A stretch of DNA of 64,000 nt, from positions 101,990,001-102,054,000 of the forward strand of contig NC_086373.1 of the NCBI RefSeq assembly GCF_036588685.1, in the 5' to 3' direction. A program made the position numbers and the translations under genes. Every line of letters starts with the position of its first letter. Within the stretch, counting starts at the first letter, position 1. Below, one piece after another: positions 1 through 10,760 of the stretch. This DNA is from Mytilus trossulus. Lineage: Eukaryota. Below the pieces are notes generated by a model. It was given only the letters and a program-made list of their open reading frames with translations. It had not been told where the DNA came from and made no database searches.

Positions 1-108
1 GCTTGTTAAAACTTCATAAACTCAACTATATAATAATACATAGTTCTGCTCCTTTATTGAACAATATTGAACCTGTCTTTTACTGTTAGCGTTAAAACAT
101 CTGTTATA

Positions 109-3100
109 CTATTGGAAACCTGAAATTGAAATACGGTGGAATAAAACAGAACGATAGATACATGCCATCAGTTGCAATTCTGGTGTCAAATAATAATAAC
201 CATATTGATAACAATTTCTCTTCAATAAAATTAAAACGTTGGCTGCAAAAACATAGTCCCTTTACCGGTAACATAAAGAGAGAAAAAAACACAAAACAAA
301 AGTCTTTGAAAAAAATGCTATTTGTTGATCAAACAGAATATTCTGTTCCGATTTCCTCATGAGATTAAAACAAAGCGAATGATTATTTTACCCAAAATTG
401 TATGTACATGATAACTGTGAAACAATACGTCCGTCTATTAATTCAAAATGGAAAATGAAGAAAAAATAATAAAAATTGTGCTTGTTTACTTGTATTTTAT
501 TCTTTGTCCCGCAGAACCATCTCCCCTTTTTTGCAAAATGCCATGAAGTTTTACAAAGTAACTAATTCCTAAAAGGTTTTGACCTTAAAATGAATCTTAA
601 TATGAATTACAAACAAAGTCCTTATATCGGTATAGACGGCATCGTAATTTGAAAATTAATAGCAGTCCTCATTATCAAAATAGTTATCAAAGGTACCAGA
701 ATTATAATTTAGTACGCCAGACGAGCGTTTCGTCTATATAATATTCATTCGTGTCGCTCATATCAAAATATTTATAAAGCAAAACAAGAACAAAGTTTAA
801 GAGCATTGAGGATCCAAAATTCCCAAAAAGTTGTGCCAAATACGGCTAAGGTAATCTATGCCTGGGAAAAGAAAATCCTAAGTTTTTCGAAAAATTCAAA
901 GTTTTGTAAACAGGAAATCTATAAAAATGACCACATTATTGATATTCATGTCAACACCGAAGTGTTGACTACTGGGCTGGTGATAACCTCGGGGACGAAA
1001 AGTAGCATACATATTTAGTTCCTGTAAATCAGCGGAGTGAACAAAGTATGCAGATTCAAGTATCTATCCAAGTTTCGAAAAAGTTTCATGAATGTTTGAC
1101 GAAGTTAATATTAACCAGAAAACGCGGACCTTATATAAGTTTGTATTTTTGAAAATCTTAACAGCAAAATGGTTAATTATCAGTATAACAACAGAATTTT
1201 ATGTTGATGTCAAAGTTTTACAGAATTCGATGCAGGCAAGACAGTTATTGATTTAAAAAAACACTGAACCTAAAGATAACAAACGGACGAAGACGGAATG
1301 TATCAAGATATCAATAATGTGTCGTCCCGCGAGTTTCGATGCACCCAGGCTCATGTGTAGTTAACTTGAAATACTGTATAGCTTAATATACAACCTTGGG
1401 ATAAGAGTCTTGAATATATTCTTTTGAAGGGAAGTGTATACGATGTAAAGATTGCTTTGAACTTGCAGGTCTCCTTTAGATTCTCTTGGAACATTTTTAT
1501 CGGCAAGAAAACTGAATGTGATAACTCCCCTGTTGTCCATTAAGCCTACATCAGCATCAACACAATTGAACAAAACCAACCAAGAAACAAACACTAACGA
1601 ATCAAAACAAAATGAAAACTTTTCTTTGTTCACTCCGCTGATTTACAGGAACTAAATATGTATGCTAAATATAGCTCAACATGCAGACTTTTTATACGTT
1701 CAGGTATTTCACATCCAATTTTTTATGGAAATATTCTCTATAAAGCACAAAGGTGTCAGTATTCACCTCAGAAACTTACAAAACCTTTAAATAGACTGAT
1801 TAAGAAGGGATATAATTACGATACTGTTGTCAAGTCATTAAAGATTGCATATTTTGGCGTTAATATTGAGTCACTGATAAGGTCTTTGCGTCGGAACTAA
1901 AGACATTTATTCCAAAAACAGTTGTTGGCATGACACGGGTTATGTTCTTCTCATATATGTTATGATGGTATGATACTAAACCCCTAACAGGAAGGTATGT
2001 CCCTGATGTTCATATGATGAAATCATAATCTTTCAGTCAGTTTAATTGAAGTCTGGAGCTGGCATGTCAGTTAACTGCTAGTAGTCTGTTGGTATTTATG
2101 TATTATTGTCATTTTGTTTATTTTCTTTGGTTACTTGTTCTGACATCAGACTCGGACTTCTCTTGAACTGAATGTTAATGTGCGTATTGTTATGCGTTTA
2201 TTTTTCTACAATGGTTAGAGGTATAGGGGGAGGGTTGAGATCTCACAAACATGTTTAACCCCGCCGCATTTTTGCGCCTGTCCCAAGTCAGGAGCCTCTG
2301 GTCTTTGTTAGTCTTGTATTATTTTTATATTAGTTTCTTGTGTACAATTTGGAAATTAGTATGGCGTTCATTATCACTGAACTAGTATATATTTGTTTAG
2401 GGGCCAGCTGAAGGACGCCTCGGGTGCGGGAATTTCTCGCTACATTGAAGACCTGTTGGTGACCTTCTGCTGTTGTTTTTTATTTGGTCGGGTTGTTGTC
2501 TCTTTGACACATTCCCCATTTCCATTCTCAATTTTATTTTTTACAGAGTTTTTCTTTAGTGCCGTGTGGAGGCAGTAGAGTGCCTCCCCGTGCTTCAGGT
2601 TTATGCTCTTATAATATACTAGATTATGGAGTGTGTGTCCGAGCGAGAACTGCTCTAGTTCATTACTTTGGAAATATTTATCAAAAAGTAGTATTTCAAT
2701 ATTCAGCCCCATTCTACTATTTAGTCAGCCATCAGTCCTAACCTGATATACACTATCTTTTTCGGGTAATTTATACTGATAGCGTTTGACATTTTCAGCC
2801 GAACAAAAATTTATCAATTTTACATAACTTTAATTATTCTATGCTGGTTCATATTCTGGACGCCAATCTTTGCTCCTTTATTATGTAATTCACTAACAAA
2901 ACAATTATGAAGCTTAGAAACGGAAAATTACTAAAAACTAAACTTGTTCAAAGGGTATCTACACGTCTCAATCTTCAAAATCGGTTATCTAAAAATACTA
3001 CCATCGCTCACATTTTTAACAATAAAAATCGTGGTTACCCTTCTATCGATAAGTGTCATGCCAAAAAATGACTTACATGTCCCCGTCTTTCCACCAACAA

Positions 3101-6100
3101 TACGGTAAGGTCCACGTTTAATGGTCGCACATTTTCTTTAAATTTTGAAACTGATATAACTTGAAAAACAAACAGTATCATTTATTTACTCACATGAAAC
3201 AAACCGGGATGTGGTATTCAGTACGTAGGAGAAACTGGACGATATTTATCTAAACGCACTCAAGAACATCTGTATCGTTTTAAAAGACCAAATAAATTCA
3301 AAAGTATCATTTACCAACACCTTAAGAAGCACAACCATCCGTTTAAATATTTAGCAGTTCAACCTTTAGAAGTAGTAAATAAGCAGCCTGGTGAATCGCA
3401 TTCAAAGTTTATACGATCACGGAAAATAATTGAATTAAATTGGATTAAAAATTACAGACAGTTTACCCCCTCGGTCTAAATGATAATATCATGGGAATTG
3501 GTAAAATATATCTAGAACCAATTCCGTTAACATTTTGGATATAGTTTCTAAAACTGTTCGTAAAAACCGTTCTCACGGTCGCAGAACAAATCGCAATCAA
3601 AGAAAATTTCGGGCCAATCATACCAATATTTCGGACCTAATTTCTATTTCAAAAAACAACTGCAGACATTATCTGTTAACAAAACTCTGTTCGTTACCGG
3701 TTAATAAGTTAAATAAAATTTTGGAGGATTGCAACACAATTTCATATAGCAGTCCTAAGTATTAAATGTCAAATTATTATGGCATATTGTTATTCTAAAT
3801 TATTTCCCAAAATTGATCGCCCTGAAGATCATAAAAAACATTTTATTAAAATTAAGTATGTCAATTAAGGCTTTGATTTTGTAAATATTGCCGGTATATT
3901 TTACGACCATTCTGTTAAAGAACGAATTCCTGGTTATTTTGACAATACTGAGCTACCTCTTATTTGTTATATTTACAAGAAATCTACCCGGAAATTTGTG
4001 TTTAATTATAGTCAATTGTGTAAAGATGTTAATATCAGTGAAAATACACCTACTTCTTGTAATTGCAGTAATTCCGCATATATTTATGGACCCATTTCCC
4101 ATGTTATAACAGGAGATCTTAACATCGTTCAAGACCGAGAGTTAAAATCATTCCTCAGTAAAGGACCTAAATTTCGTCCCCCGTCAATTATTAATTGGAA
4201 TGAGTGTCGTAATATCATCCACGACTCACTCCATACTTACTGTATGAAATGGATAAAACGGGAAAAAGCTGACAAAAAATCTTTGGACTCTTTTTTTAAT
4301 TCAGTAATGAAGATAGTTGATATACGTATTCAACATTTTAAAGAACATTTTACTATTAACAATAACCACAATAAACCTATTTCTCGTATCAAACATAAAC
4401 TAAAAGAACTAGCCAAGGAATTTGTTTTTGTCCCGGCCGATAAAGCTGCTAATAATATTATTATTGTTTGACGTAAATTTTACATTGAGGTTCTGAAAAA
4501 GGAAGTCACCAATTCACCAACATTCCAACTGACTCCATTTTCAGAAAACGAAATCTGTAACAAACATAAACTTTTAGCCACCGCTTTACAAGCAGAGCCA
4601 AATACAATGAAAGCCCCAACTATGTATTGGCTTCCAAAGCTACACAAAACCCCTTACAAATATAGATTTATTTCGTCTTCAAGCCATTGTTCAACTACTA
4701 AATTGTCTATTCTTCTTACCAACACTCTTGGTACAATTAAAACCCTTATAATAAATTGTTCAAATAAGGCCTTCGAAAATAGTGGAATAAATTACTTTTG
4801 GAGTGTCAAGAACTCGTTGGAAGTACTTGATAAATTGCATGCTCATATTGGTGATTTTGAATCTGTTCAAAGTTTTGATTTTTCTACCCTGTATACCACA
4901 TTGCCTCACATTCTCATTAAGAAAAAATTCACACACTTAATTAAATGGGCATTCAAAAAATCAGAATGTGAATATATATGTCCAAACTCTTTTAGGTCAT
5001 TTTTTAGTAGCAATAAACAAAAAAACTATGTTAATTGGACATGCTTTGATACTATATATGCCCTTGAATTTTTACTAGATAACATTTTTGTTCGCTTTGG
5101 GGATTCCGTATATCGTCAGATTATCGGAATTCCAATGGGGACTAACTGTGCACCACTTATTGCGGACCTCTTTTTGTATTGTTATGAGTTACAATTTATG
5201 ACAAAAATAAGCAAAGACCCATCAAAACAACATCTGATAAACAAATTTAATAATACTTTTAGATATTTGGATGATATTTTGGCTCTCAATAATGACGACT
5301 TCAGTATGTATATTAATGAAATTTATCCTGCTGAACTTACTTTAAATAAAGCTAATACTAATAATGACCACTGCCCTTTCCTCGATCTTGATATCTATAT
5401 CACTAACGGAAAGCTGAATACTAAAATTTATGATAAAAGGGATGATTTTTCATTTCCTATCGTTAATTATCCGTTTTTAGATGGTGACGTTCCCTTGTCA
5501 CCATCTTACGGTGTTTATATATCTCAACTTGTACGATTCGCTCGTGTTTGTAACAATGTTTTAGATTTTAACGAGAGAAATTTATGTATTACTGAAAAAT
5601 TATTACACCAGGGTTTTCGATATCACAAACTAGTCAAAACTTTTACTAAATTTTATCATCGGTATAAAGACATCATTCGTAAATATAGCTCAACATGCAG
5701 ACTTTTTATACGTTCAGGTATTTCACATCCAATTTTTTATGGAAATATTCTCTATAAAGCACAAAGGTGTCAGTATTCACCTTAGAAACTTACAAAACCT
5801 TTAAATAGACTGATTAAGAAGGGATATAATTACGATACTGTTGTCAAGTCATTAAAGATTGCATATTTTGGCGTTAATATTGAGTCACTGATAAAGTCTT
5901 TGCGTCGGAACTAAAGACATTTATTCTAAAAACAGTTGTTGGCATGACACGGGTTATGTTCTTCTCATATATGTTATGATGGTATGATACTAAACCCCTA
6001 ACAGGAAGGATTGTGCCTGATGTTCATATGATGAAATCATAATCTTTCAGTCAGTTTAATTGAAGTCTGGAGCTGGCATGTCAGTTAACTGCTAGTAGTC

Positions 6101-8719
6101 TGTTGTTATTTATGTATTATTGTCATTTTGTTTATTTTCTTTGGTTACTTCTTCTGACATCAGACTCGGACTTCTCTTGAACTGAATTTTAATGTGCGTA
6201 TTGTTATGCGTTTATTTTTCTATATTGGTTAGAGGTATAGGGGGAGGGTTGAGATCTCACAAACATGTTTAACCCCGCCGCATTTTTGCGCCTGTCCCAA
6301 GTCAGGAGCCTCTGGTCTTTGTTAGTCTTGTATTATTTTTATATTAGTTTCTTGTGTACAATTTGGAAATTAGTATGGCGTTCATTATCACTGAACTAGT
6401 ATATATTTGTTTAGGGGCCAGCTGAAGGACGCCTCCGGGTGCGGGAATTTCTCGCTACATTGAAGACCTGTTGGTGACCTTCTGCTGTTGTTTTTTATTT
6501 GGTCGGGTTGTTGTCTCTTTGACACATTCCCCATTTCCATTCTCAATTTTAATTTTACATATATAATGAATACTGGAACTTTAAAGTACTATGACCTGTT
6601 AGTTATAACTAGCTGTGTAGAACTTACAGAAATTACTTTCGCAGACATAGGGATAGCTTTTGCTACATGGGTTGTCATACCAGTTACCATTGCCGTAGTG
6701 CAGCAGAATACAGTTATATGTATAGGAAGCTGAACTACTGGTTGGATAAGGTCTTCCTGAGATAAAGTTCTTGTAGCTCATCTGTGTTTGATCATATATC
6801 CATCTCCAATCACCATTGACAGCATCCGTAGACCCCAGCCAGTAGTAAGTTTCTAAACGGAGATAAAAAGAAGCATAATTATCCTGAACAACAATATCAA
6901 TGCACTTTGATGCATTAAGTTATCATAGTTTTTTGTAATTAGCGTACCTGACTAATTGATTTCAAGCAAACGAAGCTTGTGCAAATTTGTAAATGGTTCT
7001 TAAAGAGTTTGAAACACTGTACACAGTCTTAAACTCTGAATTATATAATTACATTAATAAAAAATAATAATCATAGTGTTCATATGAGACATCCATAAAA
7101 GGATGGTAGTAAATACTACAACCATTGCTCCAATCCAAAGATTTTAATTACTTTAAAAAAATCAGAATGCTATAATTACGCAGTTCTTTTTTAAATCTAT
7201 AAAATCCCATTGCAATCCAGTTCTTACACTTTCCCTCAATTGACTTTACTTTACTTCGGTTTTGATATTTATTAATTCATTTATTTCTGTATTGGTACAT
7301 GACATGCATATTGTATTGATTAATATCCATTTCTACACTATTTTACTCAATATACACTAGAAATGTTAAACTTACTTTTGCTACTTTTAGTTATTTCCTG
7401 TGTTATCCAACTATTTTCAGAGTAATCTTCAATCTTCACTAAATATCCACCAATCTCTCGACATCTTCTCTACAAAATAATATAATTTGACAAATGTGAA
7501 TATTTAGTTCCTGCAGTTTTGTGAATTGTTTTTCACACATTTTTTTCATGAATAGATAAAGCACAACGTTATTCCATCATAGTTACACAATAGTTTTGAT
7601 GAAATACATCATATGATCATATGCCACAGCGAATCAAACTTGTTTGCTGCAAGAGAAGTGAAAAACATAATAAATGTAAGCTCACCTCAGCATCAGTCCA
7701 AATAACACTGTCATCCCCAAAGTAATAACAGTGCTTGTTGTACTTTATCCATTGTCTCCCTGAATGACAGTTAAAATTCATATCAACAATTATATTGAAA
7801 ATTGCATAACGCAGTTACCCACAAGGAAGCTATTACACCAAGAGTTCCAAATGGTGAAATTGAAATCATCCCGTCGTAAATTTTACGGACGCCATCACGA
7901 GTTGGTTGACCGTTATGGAATAACCGTTTCACAAATGATATTGGATACGTTCCTTACGTCGGAACTACAATCCATATCCTTCTCTTTCATGAATCTGACC
8001 TCCGAATAAGACTATTTACCGGATTTGTTATCACATAAGCAACACGACGGGTGCCACGTGTGGAGCAGGATCTGCTTACCCTTTCAGGAACACCTGAGAT
8101 CACCCCTAGTTTTTGGTGGGGTTCGTGTTGTTTATTCTGTAATTTTCTATGTTGTGTCATGTGTACTATTATTGTGTGTCTAAATGTCTTTTTCATTTTT
8201 AGCAATGTCGTTGTCAGTTTGTTTTTAGATTTATGAGTTTGACTGTCCCTTTGGTATCTGTTGTCCCTCCTTTGCATAACGCAGTAAATAAATTTGACTA
8301 TAATTGCAATGTCAGAGATTTTGTTCAAGTACACCATTTGGTTTTCTGTAAAGTATGTTTAATATCTTTTTAATGTAATTATAGTGGGAACAGACAGATT
8401 GGGGTTAGTTAACTTAATATTTGCTATTTATTTTTCTTTTGGGAAATTATATGATAACAGAATATTAAAAATCTTGCAGAGAGTAAAAAAAATCCTTACG
8501 TTTAAAGTCTTCTTCCATCAATGTCATGTCCTTGTCTAAAGCCTGTACCTTGGAGTTGATAGAAATAGCTTGATTTTTCAGGAAATTTTCAAGACTTTTC
8601 AATGCATTTCTGGCTTTGTTAAAATCTTGCTTGGATTTGTTTGTTAAACATGGTAACGCAAATACCGTCCCGCACACCACACAAATCACAAACAAGCGTA
8701 TCGGAAAGGAAGATGTCAT
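109..8719 (-). CDS. Secreted coiled-coil + C-type lectin domain protein (perlucin-like). Exons 8719-8500, 7759-7686, 7469-7376, 6852-6628, and a probable last micro-exon 119-109.
   Basis: GT-AG junctions with consistent phases (1,0,1,1) give MTSSFPIRLFVICVVCGTVFALPC...EEDFKR/RQWIKYNKHCYYFGDDSVIWTDAE/RRCREIGGYLVKIEDYSENSWI...K/TYYWLGSTDAVNGDWRW...NCILLHYGNGNWYDNPCSKSYPYVCESNF/CFQ*. CTLD hallmarks: CYYF, W..A...C...GG.L..I....EN.WI, WLG, WYD.PC, YVCE. The last exon is inferred from the GTAAG donor at 6627, a tttcaatttcag acceptor at 120 and AATAAA at 58-53. The alternative is read-through to the stop at 6599. Confidence 0.85.
676..1002. repeat. Dispersed repeat fragment (caaaatagttatcaaaggtaccag...cgtttcgtcta... 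family)
   Basis: Related pieces recur in the window at about 10570-10595, 11200-11350 (inverted), 13015-13042 (inverted) and 51690-51775. Class not identifiable. Confidence 0.55.
1003..1667. mobile_element. Non-autonomous DNA transposon (MITE) with 44-bp perfect terminal inverted repeats
   Basis: 1003-1046 tagcatacatatttagttcctgtaaatcagcggagtgaacaaag is the exact reverse complement of 1624-1667. The interior is non-coding. The outer TA could be a target duplication or part of TAG...CTA termini. Confidence 0.85.
1666..2535 (+). repeat. 5' pseudo-LTR of the Naiad element
   Basis: Near-identical to 5680-6551. Encodes the same C-terminal peptide KYSSTCRLFIRSG...LRRN*. Confidence 0.95.
1951..2020 (+). 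promoter_or_regulatory. SECIS copy in the 5' pLTR (helix II partly mutated)
   Basis: Same sequence as 5965-6034, but the 3' arm reads gtatgtccc instead of gattgtgcc. Confidence 0.7.
2907..5914 (+). pseudogene. Naiad EN-RT ORF (about 1000 codons), predicted selenoprotein; this copy is disrupted
   Basis: ATG at 2907 (MKLRNGK...), stop TAA at 5912-5914. In-frame TGA at 3069, 3162, 3195 and 4469, all at Cys positions. Additional lesions: frameshifts near 3450, 3505 and 3765, TAA at 3763 and 3866, and TAG at 5783 (CAG in the upstream pLTR copy). Confidence 0.9.
5680..6551 (+). repeat. 3' pseudo-LTR of the Naiad element
   Basis: Direct repeat of 1666-2535. Ends ...ttccccatttccattctcaatttta. Confidence 0.95.
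5965..6034 (+). promoter_or_regulatory. SECIS element (eukaryotic type II)
   Basis: Helix I: tcatatatg/catatgatga. Core: ATGAT (5976-5980) opposite TGAT (6018-6021). Helix II: ggtatgat(a)ct/ag(g)attgtgcc, with 11 nt between the core and the unpaired AAA (5992-5994). Apical mini-stem: cct-aac-agg. Lies about 50 nt downstream of the ORF stop. Confidence 0.85.
7816..8271 (+). mobile_element. 5'-truncated Penelope/Naiad-type element of a second family, in lectin intron, with 14-bp target-site duplication
   Basis: Encodes an RT C-terminal remnant TRKLLHQEFQMVKLKSSRRKFYGRHHELVDRY, similar to TEKLLHQGFRYHKLVKTFTKFYHRYKDIIRKY of the big Naiad. Flanked by ttgcataacgcagt at 7802-7815 and 8272-8285. 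Confidence 0.8.
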
Positions 8720-9344
8720 TCTGTAAAAAGTTTTAAAAATCTGTATTTTGAATTAAAAAAAAAAAACAATATTCATTAAAACAATTCACAAAATATAATT
8801 AAAAAACTTCTCCTCACTTGCTACAGTCAATCCATAGAACAAACACAAAAGGTAAAAACGAAGTGAACCACTTTTATACAAACTTGAAGCATTGATGACA
8901 TGAGAATAAAAATCAATTTCAATTATTATGAAATGATATGCCTGGTCTTTTATGCTATGTCAGCAACCATTATTACCAATACAATTTAGTCGGCCGGCTG
9001 TTTATTTTCAAAGAATGTTATAGGCAATTATAATTTAAGTTCAAATCTGTGTTCAAAATATAACACACCCATTTCAATAATTACCAATTGACATCGTTAC
9101 GCAAAGTTTTGCTTCAGTACACACGTAATCGTTGCGGAAATGGTTAAAGATATATATTGCTTTATAAACCAGTGCTAAGGAAATTTATTTTATTTCTAAA
9201 TCTAAAAAATGATTTTTTTCCCGATTTTTTTTCATAATTTCTTCTCAATTTTGAAAGACGTGTAATTTTTGTAAGTCTAGTTATGTCATGACATAATCAA
9301 TACTAGACAACAATGTAGTGATATTGTTTGCATGTAACTTTTTA

Positions 9345-10760
9345 TTACAAACATATCATCATTAATAATAATAATAACTCATCCTTTGGGTTCTCTAACC
9401 TATAAGCATATTTTAGCATTGCCAATAAAATTGAAAAATATACAGGAAATCTCCCTAATTCAGCAAAATAAATCGCTTTTGGCTTAAACCAAAGAATATA
9501 CTTCATGATTTTTTGTTTTTTTGTTTTATGCCCCACTACGATAAAAGCGTGCATGATGTTGTCTGTCCTGTGCGTCCGTTCGTTAGTCCGTCCGTCCGTC
9601 TGTCCCGCTTCAGGTTTAAGATTTTGGTAAAGATAGTTTTTGATGAAGCTGGAGTCCAATCAATTTGAAACTTAGTACACATGTTACTTATGATATGACC
9701 TTTTTTTAGTTTAGAGCCAAATCAGACTTGTAATACCAATATCACGGTCCACTGAACATAGAAAATGAAAGTGCGAGTTTCAGGTTAAATATTTTGGTCA
9801 AGGTAGTTTTGATGAAGCTGAAGTGTAATCAACTCGAAACTTAATGCACATGTTACTTATGATATATGATCTTTTTGCGTTTAAAGTCAAATTAGTCTTT
9901 TGATCCCAATTTCACAAATGAAAGTGGAGTTTCAGGTTTAAGGTTTTTGGTCTGGGTAGTTTGTGATGAAGTTGAAGTCCAATCAACTTTAAACTTAGTA
10001 CTCATGTTCCCTATACATATGGTATGATCTTTCTTATTTTTATTGCCAAATTATATTTTTTATACAATTTCACAGTCCATTGAACATTGAAAATGATAGA
10101 GCGAGTGGGGCATCCGTGAACTTTACACACATTCTTGTTCAGATATGTCTTTTGAATAAACCTTTTCTAAAATGTAATCGCTCTTCTTCTTCTTACAGCC
10201 AACTGAAGTGGTTGAAAACATTCCCCATTTCACTGCCACACATTAAAACATGTTTTTGGTAAAAAAAAAAAAAAGATGCATTAAAGTTGAGACACTAGGA
10301 TTTGATGATGCTAGGCATGATTGTTGTAATCCAAAATAAGCTTTCATAGATTTCCTGTATAGCTCAATCTTTACACTGTGTTAATTTACATGTACCACTA
10401 TATACAAAATTAATTATTAGGTACTTATAACAATTAACACTTTCAAGCAGTTGCCCATTCGAATATACTGGGCAATTAACATGTTTTCCATGTTTGCTAA
10501 AAATTAAACTTTTGTTTTACTAAGGTTTTTACATTTAAAGACCGTTTTGAGCAATATAATTGTAACCTATTTATCAAAGGTACCAGGATTATGATAATCC
10601 ATTCTCTCTTGTAAACCATCTTGTGTTTCAGAAGAAATAACATTGTCATCCGCATACATAAGACAATCAATTTTGTTGTCATTTAAATCAACAGGGTCAG
10701 TACATGATGAAAAAAATTCTGGCATATCAGAATCAATTTAAAAATATTGGGCTCTCTAAC
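9345..10760 (-). mobile_element. Degenerate LINE RT fragments interrupted by a MITE-like insertion
   Basis: The minus strand has ...CLMYADDNVI... near 10640-10665 and AIYFAELGRFP near 9440-9480, motifs typical of the RT and C-terminal region of non-LTR elements. Heavily frameshifted. Confidence 0.55.
9522..10138 (+). mobile_element. Non-autonomous Helentron/DINE-like (pearl-like) element with (TCCG)n and internal tandem core repeats
   Basis: Starts ttttatgccccac, has a tccg microsatellite at 9575-9600 and three diverged cores of about 150-170 bp (gcttcaggtt...gatgaagctg...aaacttagtac), and ends ggggcatccgtg...cacattcttgt. The same family occurs at 17213-17681, 38438-38670 and 41859-42080. 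Confidence 0.7.

Larger units (their letters stand above)
1666..6551 (+). mobile_element. Penelope-like retroelement, Naiad clade (N-terminal GIY-YIG endonuclease), near full length with pseudo-LTRs
   Basis: Direct repeats at about 1666-2535 and 5680-6551, each containing the ORF C-terminus plus 3' UTR (the PLE pseudo-LTR layout). The internal ORF order is GIY-YIG (IIYLLT...CGIQYVGETGRYLSKR..EH...YQH...H...ELNWIK..QTVYPLGLN), then CxC (TSCNCS), then RT (PADKAANN, YWLPKLHK, FDFSTLYT, GIPMGTNCAP, FRYLDD, PFLDLDI). Confidence 0.95.

Noticed and set aside
2560-2650. tRNA-Sec-like look (long hairpin followed by cTTCAg) in the Naiad leader
   Set aside because: No pairing anticodon stem, T-arm or acceptor stem could be built.
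2907-4471. Alternative genetic code (TGA=Trp) or organellar origin for the TGA-containing ORF
   Set aside because: The TGAs fall at Cys, not Trp, positions, Trp is encoded by TGG in the same ORF, and the context is nuclear with spliceosomal introns.
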